This document shows, one piece after another, positions 26,397-35,267 of a DNA stretch of 54,877 bases. The notes under the pieces are model-generated. The model saw nothing but the letters and a program-made list of their open reading frames with translations. It was not told where the DNA came from and searched no databases. Every line of letters begins with the position of its first letter. Position 1 is the first letter of the stretch. A program made the position numbers and the translations under genes. Origin of the DNA: Gemmatimonadota bacterium (GTDB lineage Bacteria; Gemmatimonadota; Gemmatimonadetes; Gemmatimonadales; Gemmatimonadaceae); contig JANMLN010000198.1 in NCBI GenBank assembly GCA_031372565.1, positions 1-54,877 of the forward strand, read 5' to 3'.

Positions 26397-27113
26397 ATGA
26401 TGGCCCCCCGCTACGCGACCCCTGGGACGATTCCCGAAGCCGGCGAGGTTTGGCAGCCCGTGAGTCCCACGGCGACGCTGCTGACCGCGCACCTGGTGCC
26501 GGTCGCGGCGGTTCGGCCGCTGGTACCCGCCGGGATCGATATCGTGCAGCTGTGGCCGGGCTACACGCTCGCCAGCACGCTGCTTTCGTACTACGGGCCG
26601 GGCTCCACGCTGGTGTACAACGAGCTGGTCGTCGGCTGCGCATACGTGCGCGTAGGGCGTGCGCATGGCGTGTTCGTGTCGCACATCTATGTCGACTCGG
26701 CCGAGTCGGTCACGGGTGGGCGCCGGATGGGGCTGCCCAAGGAGTTGGCGTCGTTCAGTTGGAACGGTGCGATGCCGGGCGAAGCGTGCGTGACCGGGCC
26801 GGGCGGGATCTTGTGCCGGATTCGCTACGGGCGGCCGGGGATTCGCGTGCGCGTGCCGATGACGGGCGGAACGGTGAGCGTGCTCGATAGCGGCGAGGTG
26901 GTGCACTTCAAGTCGCGCATTGCGGGTCGGTGGGGGTTCGCGGGGGCGAGTGTCGACGTGCCGGCGATGTCGCCGCTGGCGGCGGTGCAGTTGGGGCAGC
27001 CGTTCGTGAGTCTGGTCTCAGGTCCGATGCGAGCGGAGATGGGGTTGGAGTTCCGGGCGGTTGGGATGGTGCGGCGCCGGTCGAATCCGCTGCTCGGGCC
27101 CGTACTCGGCTGA
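26397..27113 (+). CDS. acetoacetate decarboxylase-like family protein
   Basis: YNELVV, HIYVDS..SV.GGR.MGLPKELA (Schiff-base Lys motif). Confidence 0.75.
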   Translation: MMAPRYATPGTIPEAGEVWQPVSPTATLLTAHLVPVAAVRPLVPAGIDIVQLWPGYTLASTLLSYYGPGSTLVYNELVVGCAYVRVGRAHGVFVSHIYVDSAESVTGGRRMGLPKELASFSWNGAMPGEACVTGPGGILCRIRYGRPGIRVRVPMTGGTVSVLDSGEVVHFKSRIAGRWGFAGASVDVPAMSPLAAVQLGQPFVSLVSGPMRAEMGLEFRAVGMVRRRSNPLLGPVLG

Positions 27114-27335
27114 AGCAGGGCAGCGGCACGGAGCGCGACTTGACACTCCACGGTTTCCTCGGCCTGTTGCACGGTTGCAACGATCTGACTCGTGGTCGGC
27201 CACACGCCTCGGCACCGGACGGGGTACACCGCGGCGTATTTGCCGTGTTCACGACCGCCTGCAAGTCATTTACGGTCAATCGATTAGAACACTGGTCCGG
27301 GCCGAAACAACCGGAAAACGGGGCCAATAGCGCCG

Positions 27336-27351
27336 TGGTGCGCTTTTTGCT
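27336..27351 (+). promoter_or_regulatory. sigma54 promoter upstream of PEP-CTERM gene
   Basis: TGGTGCGCTTTTTGCT, GG-N10-GC with TTGC. Confidence 0.6.
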
Positions 27352-27404
27352 TCTGTGGGGAGCGAGTACGGGTTCACGTCGTTCCACCCCCTTCTGGAGT
27401 CCAC

Positions 27405-28100
27405 ATGAAGCGTTTCACTACTGCACTCGCTGCCCTGCTGCTCGCAGCACCCGCCGCGAACGCCCAGGTTCTGAACTTTGAAGGCTTGGCGAATTACGGA
27501 GTTGGCACCACGACCGTCGGCAACTTCTACAACGGCGGCACCAGCGGCGCCGGCTTCTCCGGCACGAACTACGGCATCACGTTCTCTTCGAACGCCCTGA
27601 TGCTGTGCCTCAACACGGCCGGCAACCCGCGCTGCTCCAACACCTCGCGCGGCGGTCTGGGCGACCCGACGTCGCAGCGTGGCGGCCTGTTCTTCCTGTC
27701 CGGCTCGCAGACCCTCATGGAGCGTGTGGGGGGCTTCACCACCGGTTTCTCGTTCTTCTACTCGGCCGTGAACAGCGGCGGCAGCTTCCAGGTGTGGGAT
27801 GGGCTCGGTGGCACGGGCAACGTGCTGGCGTCGTTGTCCCTCGGCACGACCGGTAACGGCGGATCCAACCCCGCATGCGTCAGTTCCAACTTCTGCACGT
27901 TTCAGGCAGCCGGCGTGAGCTTCGCGGGTACGGCCCAGTCGGTCACCTTCGCGGGCGCGGCCAACCAGATCGTGTTCGATGACGTGACCTTCGGCAGCGC
28001 GACGGCGGGTCAAGTCGTGCCGGAGCCGAGCACCGTGGCCCTGATGGCCACCGGTCTCTTCGGCGTCATGGCGGCGGCCCGCCGCCGTCGTCGCGCGTAA
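27405..28100 (+). CDS. PEP-CTERM sorting domain surface protein
   Basis: Signal peptide (ANA-Q); Gly/Ser/Thr/Asn-rich body; C-terminal VPEPST-hydrophobic helix-RRRRRA. Confidence 0.93.
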   Translation: MKRFTTALAALLLAAPAANAQVLNFEGLANYGVGTTTVGNFYNGGTSGAGFSGTNYGITFSSNALMLCLNTAGNPRCSNTSRGGLGDPTSQRGGLFFLSGSQTLMERVGGFTTGFSFFYSAVNSGGSFQVWDGLGGTGNVLASLSLGTTGNGGSNPACVSSNFCTFQAAGVSFAGTAQSVTFAGAANQIVFDDVTFGSATAGQVVPEPSTVALMATGLFGVMAAARRRRRA

Positions 28101-28118
28101 CGCCAGTGCGCTGCTGGA

Positions 28119-28176
28119 GCTGACGGAGTTCCGTCAGCGACGTGCAAGAGGCGAGCCAGTGATGGCTCGCCTCTTG
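28119..28176. terminator. tandem hairpins between convergent genes, probable terminator
   Basis: GCTGACGG-agtt-CCGTCAGC (28119-28138) and a perfect 14-bp stem CAAGAGGCGAGCCA-gtga-TGGCTCGCCTCTTG (28145-28176). Confidence 0.7.
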
Positions 28177-28218
28177 TCATTTGCGGTTGAAGGTGGGACG
28201 CGGGAGGTGGGCGGACTG

Positions 28219-28246
28219 CAGATGCTTCGCTTCGCGCAGGACGACG
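28219..28246. repeat. REP-like element, copy 1 (diverged)
   Basis: CAGATGCTTCGCTTCGCGCAGGACGACG resembles the copies at 34403, 34439 and 54757. Confidence 0.6.
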
Positions 28247-28252
28247 GCGGAT

Positions 28253-28618
28253 TCAGGCCGTCGGGGCCCCGGCCTCGTTCCATGCGCGCCACCCGCCATC
28301 CATGCTGGTGACATTGGTGTAGCCCATCTTCTGCAGGGTGTCGGCCACCAGCACCGATCGGAAGCCGCCCCCGCAGTACAGGATCACCTCGGCACCCTTG
28401 TCGGGCACGGCGATCTCGATGTCGCGCTCGACGATGCCCTTGCTCAGGTGCTTGGCGCCCGCGGCGTGTCCGGCCGCATACTCGTGATCCTCGCGCACGT
28501 CGATGAAGTAGAGCGGATGGACGCTGGCGAGTCGCGCGCGCGCCTCCTCGACCGAGCACTCCTTCACGCCGGCGCGCGCCGCGTTCACCAGCGCAAGAAA
28601 TCCGGGACTGTGCTTCAT
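28253..28618 (-). CDS. single-domain rhodanese/sulfurtransferase
   Basis: IDVRE..EY..GH and YCGGGFRS active-site loop, SMDGGWRAW. Confidence 0.9.
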   Translation of the reverse strand: MKHSPGFLALVNAARAGVKECSVEEARARLASVHPLYFIDVREDHEYAAGHAAGAKHLSKGIVERDIEIAVPDKGAEVILYCGGGFRSVLVADTLQKMGYTNVTSMDGGWRAWNEAGAPTA

Positions 28619-29640
28619 GTGCCGGCCTCCAGATGATGAGCGACCACGGCGGCTGCCGCGTCGACGTCTGCTCGCGTGACATCAAGGTGCGTGATCGCAC
28701 GGAGCCGCGTCCAGTGCCATGCCGACACGCGCACGCCGTCCGCCGCACAGGCGCGCTCGATCGCGTACGCGTCGCGACCGGCCGGCAGGTCGATCATCAC
28801 GATGTTGGTGTCGGGCGGCACCACGCGGGCGCCCCCCTTTCCGTCCACGATCGCGGCGAACGCACTGGCCGTGGCGTGGTCCTCGTGCAACCGCGCCATG
28901 TTGTGCTCAAGCCCGTAGCGCGCGGCCGCTGCGATCACCCCCGACTGCCGCATGCCGCCGCCCAAGCGCTTGCGATACTCCCACGCGCGCTCGGACGGCA
29001 GTCCGCGACCTGCGACGCACGAACCCACTGGCGCGCCAAGTCCTTTCGACAGACACACCATCACGGTGTCGGCCATGCGCGCGAGTGAGGCGACGTCGGT
29101 CCCGAGCGCGACCGCCGCGTTCCAGAGCCGCGCGCCATCCACGTGTACCATGCAGCCGTGCTCGCGCGCGATCGTCGCCATCGCGTCCATGTCCGCCAGC
29201 GACGTCACCAGTCCACCCGCGCCATTGTGCGTGTTCTCGATGACCACGAGACTCGGCTTGGCCGCATGCCGACTCGGCGCGCGAAAGGTGCGCTTGAGTT
29301 CGTCGGGCGTCATCACGTAGCCCGCGGGGGTCACGGGTCGCACCTGCACCCCCCACAGCGCGGCAGCGCCCGCCATCTCCCACGCCACGATGTGCGCGTC
29401 GGCGTCCAGCAACACCTCGCTGCCATGACGGGACGTGAGGCCGATGCCGACCTGGTTGGCCATGGTGCCAGTGGGGCAGAACCAGGCCCAGTCCATGCCG
29501 AGCAGCTCGGCCACGCGCGATTCCAGCGCGCGCGTGGTCGGGTCGCCTTCGAGGACGTCGTCACCGACGTCGGCCTCGGCCATCGCGCGGCGCATGGCCG
29601 CACTCGGGCGGGTCACGGTATCGGAGCGGAGGTCAATCAC
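28615..29640 (-). CDS. ltaE: low-specificity L-threonine aldolase
   Basis: IDLRSDTVT.P, VGDDV, GTMAN, ENTHN, HVDGARLWNA, CLSKGLGAPVGS and GGGMRQ.G. Confidence 0.92.
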   Translation of the reverse strand: MIDLRSDTVTRPSAAMRRAMAEADVGDDVLEGDPTTRALESRVAELLGMDWAWFCPTGTMANQVGIGLTSRHGSEVLLDADAHIVAWEMAGAAALWGVQVRPVTPAGYVMTPDELKRTFRAPSRHAAKPSLVVIENTHNGAGGLVTSLADMDAMATIAREHGCMVHVDGARLWNAAVALGTDVASLARMADTVMVCLSKGLGAPVGSCVAGRGLPSERAWEYRKRLGGGMRQSGVIAAAARYGLEHNMARLHEDHATASAFAAIVDGKGGARVVPPDTNIVMIDLPAGRDAYAIERACAADGVRVSAWHWTRLRAITHLDVTRADVDAAAAVVAHHLEAGT

Positions 29641-29643
29641 GGG

Positions 29644-30591
29644 TCAGGTCCAGGGAGTGATGCCGAGTCGTTCGGCGCGCCGGAGTTCGAAGACGCGACC
29701 GATCTCGCCGCCGAAGGTGAAGATGATGCCCGCGTAGTAGATCCAGAACATCACCACCACGAGCGCGGCGAGCGTGCTGGTGTAGAGCGACGCGGGGTTC
29801 ATGGTCTTCACGTAGATGCCGAACAGATAGCGTGCGAGCTCGAACATGCCGGTGGTCCACGCGGCGGCCACGAGCGCCGTCACGTGACGCACGCGACGAC
29901 TCGGCAGGTAGCGGTACAGGCTCCAGAACACGTAGAGAAAGACCAGCACGGCGAAGATGCGACCACCGATGTACTCCGCCGTGCCCACCAGTGTCCGTTC
30001 GCCCACGCGCGCGCCAGGCACCGCGCGCCCGATCGCGAGATACGCCGAGAGCGCCGTCCACGCGATCACGAGGATCGTGGTGTAGATGGTGACCTTCATG
30101 TCGAGCAGCTTGCCCGCGACAATGCTGCGACGCTCGTGCATGAAACCGAAGACGCGATCGAGCGCGCTCCGGAGCGAGGCAAAGAGTCGTGTCGAGAACC
30201 AGAGGAACGAGATGGCACCGACAAGCCCGGCCGATCCGCGCGTGCGGATGATGTCGCGCAGGATCCCCTCGAGCACCTTGGTGCGGGTACCATCGGTGGG
30301 CAGGAACCGGCCGGCCACGTCGAGCACGGCCTTGACCGATGCTTCGGGGGACTTGTTGAGCACTTCGCCCAGGCCCGCGATGATGAGCAGCGCGAGCGGC
30401 ACGACAGCCAGCAGCAGGTCGAACGAAATGCCGGAGGCGAGGAAGAGGACGTCGTCTTCGCTCGTGTGCTTCCAGACGCGCCGCACGTAGTCACGGAGCG
30501 AGTCGCTCGTCGTGACCACCGCCTGCACGACGGTGGAGCGCCTCGGCGCCTCGAGATCACGCGGAGGGGTTGGAAGCGGCAGACTGGCCAT
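29644..30591 (-). CDS. YihY/virulence factor BrkB family membrane protein
   Basis: Six TM segments, LYRYLP and WIYYAGIIFTFGGEI signature. Confidence 0.85.
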   Translation of the reverse strand: MASLPLPTPPRDLEAPRRSTVVQAVVTTSDSLRDYVRRVWKHTSEDDVLFLASGISFDLLLAVVPLALLIIAGLGEVLNKSPEASVKAVLDVAGRFLPTDGTRTKVLEGILRDIIRTRGSAGLVGAISFLWFSTRLFASLRSALDRVFGFMHERRSIVAGKLLDMKVTIYTTILVIAWTALSAYLAIGRAVPGARVGERTLVGTAEYIGGRIFAVLVFLYVFWSLYRYLPSRRVRHVTALVAAAWTTGMFELARYLFGIYVKTMNPASLYTSTLAALVVVMFWIYYAGIIFTFGGEIGRVFELRRAERLGITPWT

Positions 30592-30654
30592 GGGCTCGGG
30601 ATGCCGCTCGGTGGAGTCGCTCGCACATGCGGAGCGAGCGACCCCCCCAACGCG

Positions 30655-32073
30655 TCAGTCGCTCAGGTCCGCGTCATCGGGCGCGGCGGGCACGAGCGAC
30701 TCGGCCCCCTGCGGCGCGGGTCGGTGCTGGACCGGCGCCTTCACGAACTTGGCGACGGCGGCAGCGGTCCCCCCCACGGCCAGCTGGGTGAAGAGGAACT
30801 CGAACTTGGCGTCGTACGCCGCATCCAGGCGGTGCTGCACATCGGCCGGCAACGACCAGAGCTGCTTCTTGAACGGCCCGAGCGCCTTCTTGCGCGTCTT
30901 GTAGAAGAACTGCTCGTCGGAATCCTTGGGCTTGCGCTCGTCGGCCGCATGGACCGTCAGCCAGGCGTAGATCTCCCGACGGAGTGCATCGGGCAGGTGA
31001 TCGTAGAGCATGTTCTGGAAGTTGGTCGCGAGGTGGATCTCGGCGACCTCCTTCTTCGGGAAGTTGTTGAAGGCGGTGTCGGGAAGCGTGCTGGCGCCGT
31101 GCTGGACCGCGCCGGCCATGCCGTAGCTGTCGCGCGCGAGTGTCGAGAGCTTCTCGAGCGTCGGGAGGTCGAGCGCAACGTCGGCAATCGACCCGTCGGC
31201 CAGGACGACGCCGCCGTGCGACGTGCCCGACTGCACGGAAATCTTCGAGAGCCCCGCCATGCCGGGCGCCGCTGCGGCGAGGGTCCGGTTGTACCCCTGC
31301 ATGAACGCGTGGAGCTCTTCGGGGGTGGAGTTCTCGGTGCCGACTTCGCCGATCTCGCCGCCGAGGGAGATCGTGACGCCCTCGGGCTCCAGCTCCCGGA
31401 CGACGCGGGAGAGTTCGACCGCGCGCGTGAAGTTGACGTACTGCTGCTCGTCGAGGGTGGCCTTGGAGAGATCGACCAGCGTCGAGGTATCGATGTCGAT
31501 GTTGTAGAAGCCGGCGGCGATGGCTTCGCGCGCGAGCGCCTTGACCGCGCCGACTTCGGTTTCCGGGTCGACGGCGAACTTCTTGTGATTGACCTGGAAG
31601 TGGTCGCCCTGGATGAAGACCGGTCCACGGAACCCTTCGCGCAGCGCGGCGGCGAGCATCACCGACACGTACTCGGCGGGCCGCTGTTCGGTGTAGGCGA
31701 TTTCGGAGCGGGCGATCTCGAGGAGAAAGGCGCCGGCGTTGAGCTTGATGGCGGTGCGGAAGATCGACCGGGCGACGTCGTAGCTCATCGCGCGCACGTT
31801 GATGGCGGGCACGGTGAAGCCGCCCGTCTCGCCGCGGCCGCGGGCGACGTAGAGGTCGTGAATGGACGCGGCGCGCACCCCGACGCGCTGACCGAGCTCC
31901 CAGATCATCCAGCGGGCCTGTTCGCGGGCGACCCCCTCGCCGAAGACGGCCACGCGGACCAGCGTGTCCATCGCGGGCGAGGCGAGCGCGGCCTCGTTCA
32001 GGACGTGGAGCTGGCCGTCCTTGTGGACGACAGCACTGCCGAAGAGACCGGGGTCGATGGCGAGGGAGGTCAT
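30655..32073 (-). CDS. class II fructose-bisphosphate aldolase family protein (long form)
   Basis: TVPAINVR, FIQGDH, GGEIGEVG, GTSHGG and VQHGAS metal-binding motifs. Confidence 0.85.
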   Translation of the reverse strand: MTSLAIDPGLFGSAVVHKDGQLHVLNEAALASPAMDTLVRVAVFGEGVAREQARWMIWELGQRVGVRAASIHDLYVARGRGETGGFTVPAINVRAMSYDVARSIFRTAIKLNAGAFLLEIARSEIAYTEQRPAEYVSVMLAAALREGFRGPVFIQGDHFQVNHKKFAVDPETEVGAVKALAREAIAAGFYNIDIDTSTLVDLSKATLDEQQYVNFTRAVELSRVVRELEPEGVTISLGGEIGEVGTENSTPEELHAFMQGYNRTLAAAAPGMAGLSKISVQSGTSHGGVVLADGSIADVALDLPTLEKLSTLARDSYGMAGAVQHGASTLPDTAFNNFPKKEVAEIHLATNFQNMLYDHLPDALRREIYAWLTVHAADERKPKDSDEQFFYKTRKKALGPFKKQLWSLPADVQHRLDAAYDAKFEFLFTQLAVGGTAAAVAKFVKAPVQHRPAPQGAESLVPAAPDDADLSD

Positions 32074-32327
32074 GCAGGAATCCGGAGAGGGGCCCGCGTT
32101 CACGTGGGCCGGTGACGGCGGCGCGTCGCGCGCGCGGCCGGAGTCTGATAGATGTGCCATCCGGTTCTCACCAGCGGCATCTCCGTAAATTCGCCCTTTT
32201 CAGCGGGGGCGGCAACGGGGAAAGGGCCAACGGTGACGACGTGCGGGTGTCTCTATTCACAACGAGGGGTCGCACGCCGTCTATCCTTGGATCGCTGTCA
32301 GCACCCGTCAACGCCGGATTCAGCCTC

Positions 32328-32954
32328 ATGTCGACTGCCCCGCTCGGATGTGCGTCCCGCGCACCCCACAGTCTGCTCGCACTCGTCCTTCTTCTGTCCG
32401 CCTGCGCGCCCGGCCCGGGCGGCGGTCCAGGCAGCGGCCCGGGCGGCGGCATGGGTGGCCCGCGCGGCGCTCCCATGGGCATGATGGCCATGGAGGAGGT
32501 CCCACGCGATGCCGCGACGATCGCCCTCCGGTTCCAGCACGAGCTGGCGCTGAGCGACAGCCAGGTGTCGGCCTTCTCCGCGATCCGGGCGCAACTCGCG
32601 GTCGCCACCGAACCGCTCCGGAAGCAGCTCGACACACTCGTGGTCGATCCGCGCTCCGGCGCCAACGAGACCGCCGACGACCGAACGCGTACGCAGGCCA
32701 GGCTCCGCGCGCGCGCCGGCATCGTGCGCCAACTGAAGGAGCAGGTGCAGGATGTGCGCGCGGTCGTGCTCCTCGCCCTCTCCGAACGGCAGCGGTCGCA
32801 GATGCAGATCTTCGAAGACGCGATGAAGGACGACGCACGCCCCACGTTCGGCGGGCCCGGAGGTGGCGGTCCGGGCGGACGGGGCGGTGGTGGGCGGCCC
32901 GGCGGCGGACGGCCCCCCGGCGCGAAGTCGTCCCCGGCCCAGCTGCCGCAGTAG
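32328..32954 (+). CDS. hypothetical lipoprotein, Spy/CpxP-like helical domain with Gly-rich termini
   Basis: LLLSA-C lipobox; LALSDSQ and LSERQR (LTxxQ-like) motifs. Confidence 0.6.
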   Translation: MSTAPLGCASRAPHSLLALVLLLSACAPGPGGGPGSGPGGGMGGPRGAPMGMMAMEEVPRDAATIALRFQHELALSDSQVSAFSAIRAQLAVATEPLRKQLDTLVVDPRSGANETADDRTRTQARLRARAGIVRQLKEQVQDVRAVVLLALSERQRSQMQIFEDAMKDDARPTFGGPGGGGPGGRGGGGRPGGGRPPGAKSSPAQLPQ

Positions 32955-33004
32955 CATTCTTCCCCGTCGCCCTGCAGGTGCATCCCCAGCCGTTGGAGTT
33001 GTCG

Positions 33005-34363
33005 ATGGTCCGCCCGCCGCTGCTCGCCGATGCCGCCGCCCGCGCCACACGGTACCTCGACGGACTCGATGGTCGTTCCGTCTACCCCTCCGCTGAGGCG
33101 ATCTCGGCGCTCACCGCGCTCGACGTGCCGCTTCCACACGACGCGCGCGACCCGACCGACGTCCTCGCCGAGCTCGACGCCATTGGCTCACCCGCGAGCG
33201 TGGCCATGGCCGGGCCCCGCTTCTTCGGCTTCGTGATTGGCGGTGCACTCCCGGTCTCGCTCGCGGCCAACTGGCTTGCCGGTGCGTGGGACCAGAACGC
33301 AGCGTACTTCAGCTCGACCCCGGGCGCTGCCGCCTTCGAAGCGGTCGCGCTCGCGTGGACGCTCGACCTGCTCGGCCTGCCAGCCACGGCGTCCGGCGGC
33401 TTCGTCACGGGCGCGACCGTCGCCAATGCGACCGCGCTCGCCGCGGCGCGGCACGCGGTGCTCGCGCGCGTCGGCTGGAACGTCGAAGCCGATGGCCTGA
33501 TCGGCGCGCCCGCCATCGCGGTGATCGTCGGCGCCGAGGTCCACCCCTCGGTGAGCAAGTCGCTCGGACTGCTCGGACTCGGGCGGAACCGCGTGCACAA
33601 GGTGCCCGTGGACGATCAAGGTCGCATGCGTGTCGACCTCCTCCCCGCGATCGACGGCCCGACGATCATCTGTGCGCAATCGGGCAACGTGAACACCGGT
33701 GCATTCGACGACGTCGGCGCGCTGTGCGAACGCACACGCGGCACCGGCGCGTGGGTGCACGTCGACGGTGCGTTCGGGTTGTGGGCCAATGCGTCCCCGT
33801 CGCTGCGCGCGCGCACGCGCGGACTCGAGGCCGCCGACTCGTGGGCCACCGACTTTCACAAGTGGCTCAACGTGCCGTACGACTCCGGGATCGCGATCGT
33901 GCGCGACGGCCACGCGGCGCAGGCGGCGATGGCGATCACGGCCGAGTACCTGCCGACCGAGCGCGCACAGCGCAATCCCTCCGACTACACGCCGGAACTG
34001 TCGCGCCGGGCCCGCGGGGTCGACGTGTGGGCCGCGCTGCGCGCGCTGGGCCGCGATGGCGTGGCGTCGCTGGTGGAGCGCTGCTGCGCACACGCGCGGC
34101 GATTCGCCGAGGGGCTCCGCGACGCCGGGTTCGAGATCCTCAACGAGGTGGAGTTGAACCAGGTCCTCGTCGCGTTCGGTGACGCGGCGCGTACGCAGCG
34201 CGTGATTGCCGCGATCCAGGCCGAAGGAACGTGCTGGGCGGGCATCACGGTGTGGCAGGGTCGCACGGCCATGCGCATCAGTGTCAGCAGCTGGGCGACG
34301 ACAGAGGCGGACGTGGAGTCGAGCGTGGCGGCGATGATTCGCGTGGCGTCCGGGACGCGGTGA
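33005..34363 (+). CDS. group II PLP-dependent amino-acid decarboxylase
   Basis: GPRFFGFV, WDQN, GGFVTGATVAN, WVHVDGAFGLW, DSWATDFHKWLNVPYD and PELSRRAR. Confidence 0.88.
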   Translation: MVRPPLLADAAARATRYLDGLDGRSVYPSAEAISALTALDVPLPHDARDPTDVLAELDAIGSPASVAMAGPRFFGFVIGGALPVSLAANWLAGAWDQNAAYFSSTPGAAAFEAVALAWTLDLLGLPATASGGFVTGATVANATALAAARHAVLARVGWNVEADGLIGAPAIAVIVGAEVHPSVSKSLGLLGLGRNRVHKVPVDDQGRMRVDLLPAIDGPTIICAQSGNVNTGAFDDVGALCERTRGTGAWVHVDGAFGLWANASPSLRARTRGLEAADSWATDFHKWLNVPYDSGIAIVRDGHAAQAAMAITAEYLPTERAQRNPSDYTPELSRRARGVDVWAALRALGRDGVASLVERCCAHARRFAEGLRDAGFEILNEVELNQVLVAFGDAARTQRVIAAIQAEGTCWAGITVWQGRTAMRISVSSWATTEADVESSVAAMIRVASGTR

Positions 34364-34402
34364 GCGACGCGCTGGAGCGGCAGTTTCGACAGAAAGGCAG
34401 AA

Positions 34403-34466
34403 GCAGGTCCTTCGCTTTGCTCAGGACGACATTGGGCGGCAGGTCCTTCGCTTTGCTCAGGACGAC
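34403..34466. repeat. REP-like element, tandem copies 2 and 3
   Basis: GCAGGTCCTTCGCTTTGCTCAGGACGAC occurs twice identically (34403-34430 and 34439-34466), 8 bp apart, between convergent genes. Confidence 0.8.
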
Positions 34467-34471
34467 GGTGG

Positions 34472-35251
34472 TCAGTCCACGCGGAGGGTCAGGCCGTCGA
34501 AGGCGGGGGCAATGCCACGCGGCAGTTCCGCCTCGAGATCGGCGTGCAGGTAGTCGTGCGTCAAGTGCGTGAGGAAGGTGCGCTCCGCGCCCACCGCCTG
34601 CGCGATGCGCACGGCCTCGGGAATGCTCAAGTGCGTCGGGTGCTCCACGCGAAAGAGCGCATTGATCACGAGCACGCGCACCCCGGCGATCAGGGCGAGC
34701 ACGTCGTCGGGCACCGTCTTGGCGTCGGTGATGTACGCCAGCGGGCCGATGCGAAAACCCAGCACCGAGACGTGACCGTGCGGCACCTGGAACGGGATGA
34801 TGTCCGCATCGCCAATCGAGAACGGACTCCCGGCGGTGATGATGCGGGCCGCCCCCTCGGGCTTGGACGTCCCCGGTAGCGGCTTCAGTCGATCGTCGAA
34901 GATGTAGGGAAACTTCTGCGCGAGGGCCTCGTGCGTCTGGCTCGAGGCGTAGACGGGCAGCGGCGAATCGCGGCGCACGGTGATGGCGCGCAGGTCGTCC
35001 ATCCCGTGCGTGTGATCGGCATGCTCATGCGTGACGAGCACCGCATCGACCTTGTCGATGCCGGCCGTGACCAGTTGCAATCGCAGTTCGGGGGGCGTGT
35101 CGATGAGGATCTGCACGCCGCCATCGGTCTCGACGACGGCGCCCACGCGCGTGCGGCGATCGCGTGGATCACTCGATCGGCAGACGCGGCAGTGGCACCC
35201 GATCTGCGGCACCCCGAAGCTCGTGCCGGTGCCGAGGAAGGTGAGCTTCAC
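34472..35251 (-). CDS. MBL-fold metallo-hydrolase (PhnP-like phosphodiesterase)
   Basis: LTFLGTGTSFGVPQIGC.C.VC.S.DPRD.R.R and THEHADHTHGMDDLR. Confidence 0.9.
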   Translation of the reverse strand: MKLTFLGTGTSFGVPQIGCHCRVCRSSDPRDRRTRVGAVVETDGGVQILIDTPPELRLQLVTAGIDKVDAVLVTHEHADHTHGMDDLRAITVRRDSPLPVYASSQTHEALAQKFPYIFDDRLKPLPGTSKPEGAARIITAGSPFSIGDADIIPFQVPHGHVSVLGFRIGPLAYITDAKTVPDDVLALIAGVRVLVINALFRVEHPTHLSIPEAVRIAQAVGAERTFLTHLTHDYLHADLEAELPRGIAPAFDGLTLRVD

Positions 35252-35267
35252 CGCCCCGCTCCCGCGG

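Noticed and set aside
27140..27145. Perfect TTGACA -35 hexamer
   Set aside because: No -10 element at 16-18 bp spacing.
29143..32115. Long antisense ORFs (990 aa here; also 10561-13329, 5101-7245, 42391-44118, 49724-51742)
   Set aside because: These are shadow frames of well-supported genes on the opposite strand. They are expected in high-GC DNA and contain no motifs.
32348..33004. N-terminal extension of the PLP decarboxylase ORF
   Set aside because: It overlaps the Spy-like lipoprotein in another frame. Decarboxylase similarity begins near 33005.
34403..34466. Two identical 28-bp repeats as a possible mini-CRISPR
   Set aside because: The spacer is only 8 bp, there are two units and no cas genes. 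The same unit is dispersed elsewhere, so it is REP-like.
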